The notes beneath the pieces are model-generated. The model did no database searches and was not told where the DNA came from. It saw nothing but the letters and a program-made list of their open reading frames with translations. 64,000 bases of DNA, taken from positions 1,991-65,990 of the IMG/VR virus record IMGVR_UViG_3300017909_003024, one strand, 5' to 3'. The translations under genes were made by a program, and so were the position numbers. Source of the DNA: a virus. This document shows positions 9,829-20,265 of the stretch, piece by piece. Numbering within the stretch: position 1 is the stretch's first letter; each line of letters begins with the position of its first letter.

Positions 9829-10733
9829 ATTGTTATCTCACCTTCTCTTGCTGTAAACCATTTTCTAAATTGTGCTGGAGTTCCAACTGTTATTTTTTTC
9901 TCAGGTACTAATTTCAGTAAATCTTTCTTATATGCTAGTTTATTGTTATAACTATCTTTTTGAAAGTAATAATCATCCCAAACTCTTTTCAATACAAAAG
10001 CATCTATTATCTTTGTATTATAAATTAATATCTCATTCCACCAATCAGAGTTACCTGGATTTTTTACTCTGAGATTACTCTGCACCACACTTTTGTATTG
10101 TTTTAACAATTTGTTCGTTATATCAATATACTTTTTAATATGTTTATTTGCTATAACTCCTAATTCTTTCTTAATAGCTTTCTTATAATCATTGAAAGTA
10201 TCATAATCAGTATGGTCGTACTTATCTACTATATCGTTTTCCATTTTCATCCAATCTTGATAATCCGGTAGACCAGCACTTTTTATTGCCTGTGGTACGA
10301 GCATACTATCACCACCAAATATATATCTACCCAACACCCATCTACGACCAGTTTTGTCTGGCACTGTACTAAAATCCATTACCCTACGACCTAATAATGT
10401 CCCTTCAACATAAAATATCACACCACCACTACCAGTTTGTACTCCACGACCTTTTGCTAATTGAGATGATTTTCCAGCTTGAGTAAATGTCGATATCGAT
10501 TTTTTCTTACCTATTATATCTTTTATCGTGGATAAATTTTGAGGATTGGTTACATGAAAGGAATTGATAGGTACTTTTCCAAATAAACTTTCTATTTGTT
10601 TTGGATATAATGGCACATAATCTTGTGTTAATGCCCACTTTAGAGCACCACGTGTATGTGCTGGATACCATTCATTATATTTTAACTCACCAACAAAGGC
10701 ACTTTCACCTAATAATTCTTTTAATTTAATCAT
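9825..10733 (-). CDS. Hypothetical protein, possible ADP-ribosyltransferase-like fold
   Basis: Clear ORF. SFHVT / SISTFT / WNEILI spacing recalls the ART strand motifs (weak). Confidence 0.45.
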   Translation of the reverse strand: MIKLKELLGESAFVGELKYNEWYPAHTRGALKWALTQDYVPLYPKQIESLFGKVPINSFHVTNPQNLSTIKDIIGKKKSISTFTQAGKSSQLAKGRGVQTGSGGVIFYVEGTLLGRRVMDFSTVPDKTGRRWVLGRYIFGGDSMLVPQAIKSAGLPDYQDWMKMENDIVDKYDHTDYDTFNDYKKAIKKELGVIANKHIKKYIDITNKLLKQYKSVVQSNLRVKNPGNSDWWNEILIYNTKIIDAFVLKRVWDDYYFQKDSYNNKLAYKKDLLKLVPEKKITVGTPAQFRKWFTAREGEITI

Positions 10734-11569
10734 CTCACTTCCTTTGGTAAATCTAACTTCATACGTTTTATAGTTTTTTTATATTGATTTACAATCGCTT
10801 TTCTTTTCTTTGGAAATCTAAACTTACTACTTTTAAATAACCTATATACTTCTTCAAATGATTTTATCTTACTAGCAGAAGCACCCTTACCAAATAAAAA
10901 TTGATAGAATTTATCTAAATTACCCGTTACAGTTTTTACTTTTAGTTTTTTTCTTTTACCAGATTTAGTCGTGGTGAAGTTTACTATTTGTAATCCCTCT
11001 CTCCAATTAACTTGAAATTTTTTCTTTACTCCAGGTTTATCAGTATCAAATGAGATTTGACTTAGAATATCAGCAAGAAATACATTCTTATACACTAATT
11101 TATACTTACTGTTTTCATCAGGTTTAAATGACTTCTCCATCCAATTAGAATTACCTATCATAAAATCTATCTGTATTTTAGCATCACCACTACCTAAAGT
11201 TCCTTTTCTATCCTTAACAACTTTTTGAACTTTTCCACTATCATCAACCATCGGCGCCACCACACTGAACTGACCTAATCCTTTCATTATTTCATAATCA
11301 ACCGGTTTTGTTTTCAAGTATTTATCTACAGCATCCCAAAAACCAGCTCTGTCTGTTTTGAAAAACTTTAGAGCATCTTTCCAATCAACAGCAAGGTCAA
11401 CATCACCTGATATCTTCTTATCCACACTACCAACCATACTATACTTAGGTTTGAATTTTATTTTGTTGATAACTGACTTAACAGTAGATTTAGAAAACCT
11501 ATTATCAACAAATGAATTCACACCTTTGACATTACCACCCTCGGCTAATATTTGAGTCAAACCAATCAT
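10730..11569 (-). CDS. Pol-beta-superfamily nucleotidyltransferase-like protein
   Basis: hGS-x5-SGDVDLAV motif (VGSVDKKISGDVDLAVD) plus a third acidic residue in IQIDFM. Confidence 0.65.
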   Translation of the reverse strand: MIGLTQILAEGGNVKGVNSFVDNRFSKSTVKSVINKIKFKPKYSMVGSVDKKISGDVDLAVDWKDALKFFKTDRAGFWDAVDKYLKTKPVDYEIMKGLGQFSVVAPMVDDSGKVQKVVKDRKGTLGSGDAKIQIDFMIGNSNWMEKSFKPDENSKYKLVYKNVFLADILSQISFDTDKPGVKKKFQVNWREGLQIVNFTTTKSGKRKKLKVKTVTGNLDKFYQFLFGKGASASKIKSFEEVYRLFKSSKFRFPKKRKAIVNQYKKTIKRMKLDLPKEVR

Positions 11570-14500
11570 TAGAAATCCAATAGAGTTAATATTCTGTGCA
11601 TTGGTGTGAATGTGCCAGTTAGTTTGTATAACTTATCATTGTATGTAAACACAATACCCTCACTTGGTACAATACCTTTAATACCACCGATGGCATTTAA
11701 TCTTTCTAAAAACTTTTTGAATATAGTGAGTTTTTTAATGTCTTTTGATTGACTTAAAGTGATGATTGCCTTAGATAGTTTTTTTCTTAATTCTTGAGCA
11801 GCTTCATTGGGACTAACCACCAATAGATCATTCATACTTCGTAATATCTCAGCACCTAAGTTTAATATGAGATTTTCAAACTTTTGCATGTTAATGTCGA
11901 ACTGACGTTCATACTTGTCACTATTAAACTTCATAGCCCAATTCTTAAACTTTTCATTCTCTATCTTTTTCATCTGTGGTATTGTAAAGGCAGATTTGTT
12001 TCTCAATCCCCATCTATTGGCTAAACCATCTAGAATATTATTAGGTATTTTATATTTCAACGAATCAGCTTTTGTTTTGATAAAATCTAACCACCATCTT
12101 CTATGATACTCAACTATCTTATCACTGTCTTTTAATCCATATTCACTTTGTAATTTTTTCAATCGATTTAAAAACTTAGATTGTTTAGCAGAAAAATCTT
12201 TTACCTGTGGTAATTTTAGTATTGGGTTTGATTTGATAGTATAAGTATTTTGAATATCTTGGTTGATTTGTTGTATCATCCCACCTAACATTCTGGCATC
12301 TTCTTGACTTGAACCAATAGCATTACCAGCCTCATCATATTCTATCGAACCATGTAGAACCAACATCTTCAAACCATAAGGAACTGTGATAGACGCCTTT
12401 GGATATAATATTTCTAGATTTACAAATTTCTTTCCGTTAGCAAAAACCTTTTGTTTTTGTTTTTCACTTAAACCACGAATAGCTATATTTAAATCATCTA
12501 GAGCATTACCAAAGGCATCTGCTATATCACCTCTACCCTTGAACTTCGACTTTATTGCCTGTATTGTTTGAGCATCTGCTCCAGCATTAGCAAGTTGTTT
12601 TTTAGTTCTGGCACTAACTAATCTATTGTCTTTCCATGATATCATTATATTCATACCATCTAATTTTTCTTGAACCCTATCAAGTTTTCCACTCAGACCT
12701 TGTGTGATTATTTTTTTAAAATCACTAAACTTCAAGTCCCTATCCTCAAACGGATGGCTTAAATGTCCAAATGCTCCTCCCATTAATAATAACTCCTTTC
12801 CTCTCTTTGGTAAATCAGATACTAACATCTGTACTGATTCTTCTAATTCTGCTTTTAGTTGTTTTTTAGTTTCTCCACTATCTTTTACAGCAATCTTTCT
12901 TGATTTTATTAAATCACTTGTGTATTCAAATTCTGTATCACCTAATATCCTATCAATGTGATCTAACCATTTATTCCATAATTTAGTTCCAATAAGATTC
13001 TGAACACTATTTGAATTTGGCTCACCAATACCAGCAGGACCATATGAAACTGAATCTACAGGACCATTTGGATATTTTTTAGCATGAGATTTTAGTTTAT
13101 CTTGTGAATTATAAGCATCAACATTTACTAATGAATTTACAATATCAAAACCAAGTTTGTTAGCCTCTTTTTGTGCCCTACCTATGTAACGATTTATACC
13201 AGGTGCTATGGCATGAGGACCGTCATCTACAGACTCCACATCACCAGTTACAGATTCAAGTATAGACTCGTACATTTCAAACAATTTTTTAAATTTATTT
13301 GTCATCATATTATACAAACCTTTATCAAAATATCCAAATGTTTTTTTGAAAAGTTTTTGTCTATTCTTTTCAAATTCTGGTGAACCCAATAATTGTCTTA
13401 TACCAGTACCCGATATCTCTACACCCGATATATTCATAGATACATGTGGAGCAGTCATTATATATCCATTTTCTTCATGACCTTTAAGGTTATCTTTATT
13501 GGATTTATAATCTTGAAAATATTTACCACCTGTTAATCTACCAGCATCTTTTTTACCAAAGATGTAGACAACAGCTACGTCATTACCGAATTTACTTAAT
13601 AAATTCTTTGCTACATAAGGTGTTTTTTCTTCTACAATACGATTTGATGGAACACCCATCTTCACCATATGCCTGACTTTTTCTTTAAAATTCATTGGAT
13701 GTCTTGGTGGTTTTTTGATATTACTAGTAGTGATGTAAGCTTCATCTACTTGTGTTTTTAACCACTGATATGTTTTTAGATGATGAGGACCAAATGGTTG
13801 AAATCTACCACCATATACACCGATTACCTTTTTGATTTCTTTCTGTTCTTTTATTTCGTTCTTTGCCTTTGTCTTTTTCTTCATCTGATTGATGAACTTT
13901 CTATAGACAGCAGCTTGTGCTGACTTACCCATTTCTCTGGCTCTCTGTTCCATAGCAACTGCAGCTTGTATCTTATGAGCATGTGACTTACCACTTGATT
14001 TTATTTTACTAACTGATTTGGTAGCATCCTTTACTGTAGCAAACTTCAACCCATGTATCGTCCCCTTTGGATTTTCATCAGTGTATAAATCTGAGTGACT
14101 TGATGATTGTCTGTGTTGTCCTTTCTTACGAGGTTTTCTTGGTGCTTCATCCATCTTTAATTTTTTTCGTAAAGCAGTAATCTTCTTTATTAATTCTTTT
14201 TGTTTAGGAGAACCAGGCATCATTTTCATGGCCTTTGTATACATTTTAAATAATTCTGCTTTATTTTCACCTAATAAAGATAATCCAATCAGAGCCATTG
14301 TCTTGTCTCTTGGAGTCTGACCTCTGAATTTTTTAGATACCTTTTTGTAATGTTTCTTTATCATATTTGTAGCGTCTTTGGGAGAGTTTCCAAATTTTTG
14401 AAGAAGACTATGTATTGTCTTTACTTCGGATTCGTTTATTTTTGGTATCTGTCCCAATGGTCTAGGACCACATCTCTTTCTATATTCAGCAGCCGTTTCC

Positions 14501-14844
14501 ATATTAGTCTTTTTAGCACAACTAGCCTCTTTGACTTTTTTATAACCACTGCCATAAGGAACTGAAGTATGACCTTTCTTCTTCATCTTCTTTACCTTGG
14601 ATACTTTTGGAGCACCTTTGATTGTACCATCACCAGTGGTAAAAGTCATCTCATCAACTTTCTTAGGTATTCTAAAGTTTACAACTTTCTTACCATTGAT
14701 AGTAGGCATACCGTGTTCATCCTTACCAATAGATTTAACCTTTACTTTTTTGTTTTTAAATCTACCGGCAAGTATGGTATCACCAACTTCAACATCTATC
14801 TTGATTGCCTCAGTTAATTGATCAACTAGGTCTCTGTGTTTCAT
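11569..14844 (-). CDS. Multidomain protein: basic N-terminal modules + cytidylyltransferase-like domain + ligase-like (KxDG) domain
   Basis: IGVYGGRFQPFGPHH (HIGH-family NTase-like), ISGTGIR, then GHLSHPFED, QEKLDG, EGIVF and LYKLTG. Confidence 0.7.
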   Translation of the reverse strand: MKHRDLVDQLTEAIKIDVEVGDTILAGRFKNKKVKVKSIGKDEHGMPTINGKKVVNFRIPKKVDEMTFTTGDGTIKGAPKVSKVKKMKKKGHTSVPYGSGYKKVKEASCAKKTNMETAAEYRKRCGPRPLGQIPKINESEVKTIHSLLQKFGNSPKDATNMIKKHYKKVSKKFRGQTPRDKTMALIGLSLLGENKAELFKMYTKAMKMMPGSPKQKELIKKITALRKKLKMDEAPRKPRKKGQHRQSSSHSDLYTDENPKGTIHGLKFATVKDATKSVSKIKSSGKSHAHKIQAAVAMEQRAREMGKSAQAAVYRKFINQMKKKTKAKNEIKEQKEIKKVIGVYGGRFQPFGPHHLKTYQWLKTQVDEAYITTSNIKKPPRHPMNFKEKVRHMVKMGVPSNRIVEEKTPYVAKNLLSKFGNDVAVVYIFGKKDAGRLTGGKYFQDYKSNKDNLKGHEENGYIMTAPHVSMNISGVEISGTGIRQLLGSPEFEKNRQKLFKKTFGYFDKGLYNMMTNKFKKLFEMYESILESVTGDVESVDDGPHAIAPGINRYIGRAQKEANKLGFDIVNSLVNVDAYNSQDKLKSHAKKYPNGPVDSVSYGPAGIGEPNSNSVQNLIGTKLWNKWLDHIDRILGDTEFEYTSDLIKSRKIAVKDSGETKKQLKAELEESVQMLVSDLPKRGKELLLMGGAFGHLSHPFEDRDLKFSDFKKIITQGLSGKLDRVQEKLDGMNIMISWKDNRLVSARTKKQLANAGADAQTIQAIKSKFKGRGDIADAFGNALDDLNIAIRGLSEKQKQKVFANGKKFVNLEILYPKASITVPYGLKMLVLHGSIEYDEAGNAIGSSQEDARMLGGMIQQINQDIQNTYTIKSNPILKLPQVKDFSAKQSKFLNRLKKLQSEYGLKDSDKIVEYHRRWWLDFIKTKADSLKYKIPNNILDGLANRWGLRNKSAFTIPQMKKIENEKFKNWAMKFNSDKYERQFDINMQKFENLILNLGAEILRSMNDLLVVSPNEAAQELRKKLSKAIITLSQSKDIKKLTIFKKFLERLNAIGGIKGIVPSEGIVFTYNDKLYKLTGTFTPMHRILTLLDF

Positions 14845-15317
14845 ACTTCAAGGGCTCTACGAAACCATCCAAAGTAAAATTTTTCTAAGTCTGGCTTACG
14901 TGTTACTAAATCAGCATAATACTTTACTCTGTATGCTCTAACTCTCTGTAACTCCACACCTTTCATCGCACCTATAGTTTTAGGACCTAACCCACCATCT
15001 ACTTTCAATCCAGCACCTTTGGCGTTAGCAGCCTGTTGTAAAATCTTTACGGCTCTACCCTTACCTTGATTTACACACATATCAAAATAAATATGTCGTA
15101 AATCTTCAGGTAAACTTTCTACTTTATTCTTATCCCAATATACTTCTTTATAAATTTCTTTCGCACCATCTTTCGTAAGATTCTTGATATCTACATCAGG
15201 ATGACTTCTTTTAGCTATGCCAAAATTAGTTTCTCCACCTGGATCTTTCGGGTCATTAACATATCCACCCTCGTGGTGTAATACAACTTCTATTATATCA
15301 TCAAATTGTGTCAACAT
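14841..15317 (-). CDS. Endolysin, glycoside hydrolase family 108 with peptidoglycan-binding C-terminus
   Basis: HEGGYVNDPKDPGGETNFGI, FDMCVNQG, VDGGLGPKT, FYFGWFRR. Confidence 0.92.
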   Translation of the reverse strand: MLTQFDDIIEVVLHHEGGYVNDPKDPGGETNFGIAKRSHPDVDIKNLTKDGAKEIYKEVYWDKNKVESLPEDLRHIYFDMCVNQGKGRAVKILQQAANAKGAGLKVDGGLGPKTIGAMKGVELQRVRAYRVKYYADLVTRKPDLEKFYFGWFRRALEV

Positions 15318-15336
15318 ACAATACTCCTATATATTA

Positions 15337-15345
15337 TATAAATAT
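15337..15345 (-). promoter_or_regulatory. Putative phage late promoter motif ATATTTATA
   Basis: Intergenic, upstream of the endolysin RBS. Confidence 0.6.
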
Positions 15346-15348
15346 TAA

Positions 15349-16227
15349 CTATATTCTATTTAATACTTGATTAAAATCAAACATTTCTTGTGCCGATAAA
15401 TAAGGACATTCATGTAGGTTATTATCAAATTGAAAATCAAACAAGTAACTACTGATTCTCTGATTAGCAATATCGGTTTTCTTTGCTTCAATGTTATCAT
15501 GTAATCTATACCCAAATACTTTTGGTGATGTGCCAACCCAAAGAACAGTTGATTTTAGTTTGAAAGCAGCTGCTGCGTGTTGTAAACAACTATCGTTCAA
15601 AACTCTTTTCTGTGATTTTGCTAATATACTGAATAATTGTAGATTTTCTAATGGCATATCCACTCTTTCCACATCAGCTATCTGTGGTGATTCTTTTCTA
15701 CATATATGAAAGATATGATACTGTGACTTGAATTTTTCTACAATAGCCTGTGCTAACTCCATCGGAATATCCCTACACCAATTATAAGGATATTTCTGAC
15801 CTTGATAAGGACCACCATTGGTTTGTAATACCATCGTTGGTTTTTCTCTAATCCATTGACCTACTAATTGTTGTTGAGCATAATTTATAATAATCTGTGG
15901 TTGTTGTTCTTTGTACTCTAATCCCATAAGATCACACCAATTGTGAATCAAATGTTGTGATCTATGAACATGAGCAGATTGATTATATGCTTCATGTCTA
16001 AAAACTATCGAATCTTTATTATGAATATAATCATCATAGAAATGTGGTGTGTTTCCTAAGTGTAATAATCTATCAATACCTTTGTTTTGTAAAAATATTT
16101 CAGGCCAACTCACCACCATCACAAGTTTTCTATCTGAGTATTTTTCTTTCAAGTCAGGTATCAATGATGTAGCAGCTACATTCTTTCCTAATCCACCTTG
16201 TACATGCCAAATTACGTATTTATTCAT
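15349..16227 (-). CDS. Glycosyltransferase, GT9 (heptosyltransferase)-like
   Basis: N-terminal GGLGKNV loop and C-terminal NDSCLQHAAAAF...VLWVGTSP..FGY motif. Confidence 0.75.
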   Translation of the reverse strand: MNKYVIWHVQGGLGKNVAATSLIPDLKEKYSDRKLVMVVSWPEIFLQNKGIDRLLHLGNTPHFYDDYIHNKDSIVFRHEAYNQSAHVHRSQHLIHNWCDLMGLEYKEQQPQIIINYAQQQLVGQWIREKPTMVLQTNGGPYQGQKYPYNWCRDIPMELAQAIVEKFKSQYHIFHICRKESPQIADVERVDMPLENLQLFSILAKSQKRVLNDSCLQHAAAAFKLKSTVLWVGTSPKVFGYRLHDNIEAKKTDIANQRISSYLFDFQFDNNLHECPYLSAQEMFDFNQVLNRI

Positions 16228-16256
16228 AGTGTAATATAACTATTTTTTATGTAAAA

Positions 16257-16913
16257 TCAAAGGACTTTATTAAACAATAATTGTGTTAAAGAATGAGGAT
16301 CACCGATTTCACCCTTTGGAACAATGTTCATTGATACTGATTTTCTAGTATATTGAGTTTTATTCATTGGCACAGAATGACGAAAGTAGGATGGAAACAT
16401 TAATAGTAAACCAGGTTTAAATGGAACAGTAAATGTCTTCCAAGCAAATGGTGATGGTCTTTTATCAGGTCTTTCTTTTAACATTATTGTTTGACCATTT
16501 CCTTGAAAATCATTCCTATGAAATTGTATTGCCGGTGTTCCTTCCTCACCATAACCATAGAAGAAAACACCTGATATTACAGAATTAGGATGGGTGTGTG
16601 GAACATGTTGTTGACCTGGTTCTTTCCAAGTCACCCATGTTTGTGAAAAAGTCCATTCATCGTAGTCATACATTAGAGTATTTTGAGCAAAGTCTTTTGC
16701 TAAGTTCAAAACAAACTTTTTCAAATCCACACACTCTGGTTCATCCATTATATAAGTGTTTTTACTGTGTAAACCATATTCCATTCGTGATTCTTTATCC
16801 GTCCACATTTCGGTATTATCAAATACATTACAAGCAGTTGATAACTCAGGTGGTATCTCAATCCTTAATAATGGTGTGGCGAATAAAGCCGCTACTTCAA
16901 GCGTATCGTTCAT
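16257..16913 (-). CDS. 2OG-Fe(II) oxygenase (HxH type)
   Basis: LFATP, HTHPNSVISGVFF, LLMFPSYFRHSV, RKSVSMN. Confidence 0.85.
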   Translation of the reverse strand: MNDTLEVAALFATPLLRIEIPPELSTACNVFDNTEMWTDKESRMEYGLHSKNTYIMDEPECVDLKKFVLNLAKDFAQNTLMYDYDEWTFSQTWVTWKEPGQQHVPHTHPNSVISGVFFYGYGEEGTPAIQFHRNDFQGNGQTIMLKERPDKRPSPFAWKTFTVPFKPGLLLMFPSYFRHSVPMNKTQYTRKSVSMNIVPKGEIGDPHSLTQLLFNKVL

Positions 16914-17541
16914 ATTCCAATCCAGCTATTGATTCCAAGTCACCGATCATTCCCTTTGGAAGAGCGTTGATGCCGAGAGATTTACGAAATTCTTTATTGG
17001 GATTCGGTGGAACACCATGAGTGAACCATGAGGGAAAGATTACCAAATCATTTTGTTTTGGGTGTACAAAGAACATCTCTTGAGAGAAAGGATGGTCTTG
17101 GTAATCATCAAGATACGATGGTTCAAATATAGGTCGGTTAGCGCTATACACTCTGTTGGAAAAACACAATGGTGGATCACCCTTTTTTATCTCAAAGTAA
17201 AACACAGAAGATATCAGAGTATTTGGATGTGTGTGAGCTTTATGTGATGTCCCTTGTAATTTTTTAGTTAACCAACTCTGAGTAAATACTAAGTCTTTAT
17301 AGTTGTATCTCATCACATTAGTCGCAAAATCTTTCATACATTTTATCACCCAATCACCCAATGGTTTCATAATCGGATCATCCATGATATAACTATTCTT
17401 TGATATACACCCATAACCAGGATTATGCTCTTTGAACTCCTGACCATTTAGATAATCCAACATCTCTGGTGTTAAATCATGTCCAAGATTTGCTACATAA
17501 ACGGGTGTGGGGAAAACTGAATGTACTTTAGGTCTTTCCAT
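16897..17541 (-). CDS. 2OG-Fe(II) oxygenase (HxH type)
   Basis: FPTPV, HTHPNTLISSVFY, VIFPSWFTHGV, RKSLGIN. Confidence 0.85.
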   Translation of the reverse strand: MERPKVHSVFPTPVYVANLGHDLTPEMLDYLNGQEFKEHNPGYGCISKNSYIMDDPIMKPLGDWVIKCMKDFATNVMRYNYKDLVFTQSWLTKKLQGTSHKAHTHPNTLISSVFYFEIKKGDPPLCFSNRVYSANRPIFEPSYLDDYQDHPFSQEMFFVHPKQNDLVIFPSWFTHGVPPNPNKEFRKSLGINALPKGMIGDLESIAGLEYERYA

Positions 17542-18202
17542 ATTCTTCAAATGTTTGATTTGGATCTACAAGATTAAATGCTATTGATATTCTATCCCTA
17601 TTCTCTCTGTTTATTTCAACTGAGTGATACACCCATGCTGGAAACATAAGAAGAAAACCTGTGTAGGGTAACATATTAAAATTATTCATACACATCGGTG
17701 AAGTCGTCTGATACCTTGTGGTAAAAAACTCCATGTTATCATCTCGTTCTACTACAAGCCTTCCAATATTATCACCCTCACAATCCACATAATACACACC
17801 TGAAAGTATTGACTTTTGATGATCATGTCGTCTATTATATGTACCTGGTGGATTTATATTTACCCACCAATTACCCATGACTAAATCTGTTATACCTGTT
17901 ATTTGAGCACAATAGTTGTTTGCCCAACCTTGTACTTGACTGAAAAAGTTTTTTAACTCATCGGGTATGGGATGTATTATTTCATTACTATGAAACCCAC
18001 CACGATTTGATATCACCACACCCTTAGATTCACGTTGTAACCTATAGCAATATTCTTTTATCGGTTCATTATCCACACCTTCAACTTTTGTTTGCCAAAA
18101 TGGTGTAGGAAATAACATATGTTCTCTTGATATGAAATTTAATTGTGGTTTATTTTTTTTAGGTTGTTCTTGCTGTGGTTCTTGTAGTACAAAATCGCTC
18201 AT
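17528..18202 (-). CDS. 2OG-Fe(II) oxygenase (TIGR02466-like)
   Basis: FPTPF, SNRGGFHS, HDHQKSILSGVYY, MFPAWVYHSV, RISIAFN. Confidence 0.87.
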   Translation of the reverse strand: MSDFVLQEPQQEQPKKNKPQLNFISREHMLFPTPFWQTKVEGVDNEPIKEYCYRLQRESKGVVISNRGGFHSNEIIHPIPDELKNFFSQVQGWANNYCAQITGITDLVMGNWWVNINPPGTYNRRHDHQKSILSGVYYVDCEGDNIGRLVVERDDNMEFFTTRYQTTSPMCMNNFNMLPYTGFLLMFPAWVYHSVEINRENRDRISIAFNLVDPNQTFEEYGKT

Positions 18203-18849
18203 CTAAACGGCTCTCCTCCTGTCCAATAAACCAAGGCTCTTCTCTCACCCCTAGTGATTGGACTTACATTGTGCATTATAAATGTTGGCATAACCAACAC
18301 ATCCCCTTTTTGTCTTGGTAAGTCTATAAATTTTCCACTACCACCGAACCAACATTGAAACACCCCACCTTCGTAATCCTTGGGATCACTTAGTTGAACA
18401 GTAAGGGCAAGTTTTCTCCTATTCACCTCACCTCGTCCTATGTCCATATGCCAGTCTAAAAATCCACCATGTTCTCTAGTCTCACCTGTTTTACCAGGTT
18501 TATTTGGTTCAGGATATATCACATAATGTAAGGGATCAGTTACATACTGAATGTCAAATTGGAATAGCGCATTGTTAGCTTCTATGGTGAGTTTTTCTAA
18601 TTCAGTATATAACCACCAAGAATTAGGATCACCTGGCACATAAGCAATATCTCTATTGTTTGTACCGTAGTGATCTATCGCTTCTTTTTCAACATAACCA
18701 GTTCCACCTTTTTCAAATTTATACCCACCTCTACGAACCATCTCATGAATGGCTTCAATCTTTTCATCGTTGAAATATTTAGGATAATAATAAAAATTAC
18801 TGAAGTCACAAGGTCTGGTTCCTGAATCTACTAAATCAACTTTTCTCAT
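18199..18849 (-). CDS. 2OG-Fe(II) oxygenase (PKHD/prolyl-hydroxylase-like, HxD type)
   Basis: DWHMD, RKLALTVQLS...YEGG, HNVSPITRGERRALVYW. Likely start at 18849. Confidence 0.87.
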   Translation of the reverse strand: MRKVDLVDSGTRPCDFSNFYYYPKYFNDEKIEAIHEMVRRGGYKFEKGGTGYVEKEAIDHYGTNNRDIAYVPGDPNSWWLYTELEKLTIEANNALFQFDIQYVTDPLHYVIYPEPNKPGKTGETREHGGFLDWHMDIGRGEVNRRKLALTVQLSDPKDYEGGVFQCWFGGSGKFIDLPRQKGDVLVMPTFIMHNVSPITRGERRALVYWTGGEPFR

Positions 18850-19456
18850 TTTCTCTCTCTGTTCTCTTAGGATCAACAAATGTAAACCAACCAGTTATAA
18901 TATATTTTACTTCTGTAGCAGATATTATACCACGATGTGTATGTGTCCAATCAGATGGCCAACATACAATCTTTCCAGCTTTCGGTATTTCATAATGTTG
19001 TTGATAAAAAAACTCTGTCCAACCTCGATCAGTAACATCATTGAGGTAAATCATCCAAACACCTACTCTATCACTGGTATCAAAACTGGCTCTTTCATTG
19101 TGAAACTTATGATAACCCTCACCAGGTAGGAATCTTTGCATATTAAATGTAAAATTAATTTCAAATGGATCAACATGATCTAAACCCATGTAGTATTGAG
19201 AAATCCAATCTTGTCTAGCCACCTCTACAGTATTTATTATTTTCTGTAAAGGTTTTCCCCAACGTTCATCTTCTATATCATTTGGAATAAAACTAATATC
19301 AGTTGATATTTTGTGTTCATCTGCTGGTATGACCTCACCTTCCTTACGAATCACACCACGGTGTTGTCGTTCTTTATCTATTTCAAATAGTTCGATTAGA
19401 GATCGGCAAAAACTAGGAGAAAGAGCTCTTTCTTTCCTATAGATAAAATCTGTCAT
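18836..19456 (-). CDS. 2OG-Fe(II) oxygenase (prolyl 4-hydroxylase-like)
   Basis: FHNE, WMIYLNDV, TEF, WPSDWTHTHRG, KYIITGW. Confidence 0.85.
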   Translation of the reverse strand: MTDFIYRKERALSPSFCRSLIELFEIDKERQHRGVIRKEGEVIPADEHKISTDISFIPNDIEDERWGKPLQKIINTVEVARQDWISQYYMGLDHVDPFEINFTFNMQRFLPGEGYHKFHNERASFDTSDRVGVWMIYLNDVTDRGWTEFFYQQHYEIPKAGKIVCWPSDWTHTHRGIISATEVKYIITGWFTFVDPKRTERENEKS

Positions 19457-19463
19457 TTCTAAC

Positions 19464-20207
19464 CTATTCTATTGTAGCGTCTTTTAGTAAAGGATCCTGT
19501 TTTTTAGCAGCAAGTTTTACATGTTCAGGTGCCCCCAACATACCATCAGAGACCTTACCATCGAATTGTCTTAACTTTCCATCTTCGGTTTTCAATCTCT
19601 TCAAGGTTTCAAGAGGACCTGCAGCATTAACAACTTCTGCTGGTTGTGAATTAGGACCTAAAGAATTTACACGATTCTGTAGGTTATGTCTGTAGGATTC
19701 AGCTTGATGTGTATTTACATATGTTGTGTCAAATGAACCATCATCAAGTTCTTTTTTGATTTGAGACCATAGTTTTAATTCTCTTACACGATCACGAGCA
19801 GTTTTCTCCATATTAGCTCTACCATATAGATTTTCATCTAAATCAATTTGTAATTCTTCTGCTTTAAATTCATCACCTTTGGCAAGAGCTTCTTTCTGTT
19901 CTTGTTCTAACTTTCGTCTGGCAAGTTTGTTTCTTCTCAAATCAAAGGTCAATCCCAAGAGGGCATCAAACATAGCACCTTGTTCTCTTACAGATTGCCA
20001 GTATTTTGAAGCATTGGTTGGGTGTTTAGCATCATTTAAAACCGATATTCTCATCTCTGTTTCAGTTCGGAATATTTGTTTCTTTTGCCAGTTGTCTGCT
20101 AATTCTTCACGTAGTTCTACTACGGCACTAGCATCACTTGGTTTTAACATCTCTAAAACAGGTTTGAGATCATCAGTGATCGTCAAATCTTTTCGTTCTT
20201 CACTCAT
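19464..20207 (-). CDS. Coiled-coil hypothetical protein associated with Kelch-like fibre genes
   Basis: QIFRTETEMRISVLND.KHPT.ASKYWQSVREQ, long heptad helix, GGAG RBS. Confidence 0.6.
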   Translation of the reverse strand: MSEERKDLTITDDLKPVLEMLKPSDASAVVELREELADNWQKKQIFRTETEMRISVLNDAKHPTNASKYWQSVREQGAMFDALLGLTFDLRRNKLARRKLEQEQKEALAKGDEFKAEELQIDLDENLYGRANMEKTARDRVRELKLWSQIKKELDDGSFDTTYVNTHQAESYRHNLQNRVNSLGPNSQPAEVVNAAGPLETLKRLKTEDGKLRQFDGKVSDGMLGAPEHVKLAAKKQDPLLKDATIE

Positions 20208-20238
20208 AACTTATTTCTCCATGTATAGACTTTGTATA

Positions 20239-20247
20239 TATAAATAT
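20239..20247 (-). promoter_or_regulatory. Putative phage late promoter motif ATATTTATA
   Basis: Intergenic, upstream of the operon containing the oxygenases. Confidence 0.6.
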
Positions 20248-20265
20248 ATACTTAGATGGGAAAAC

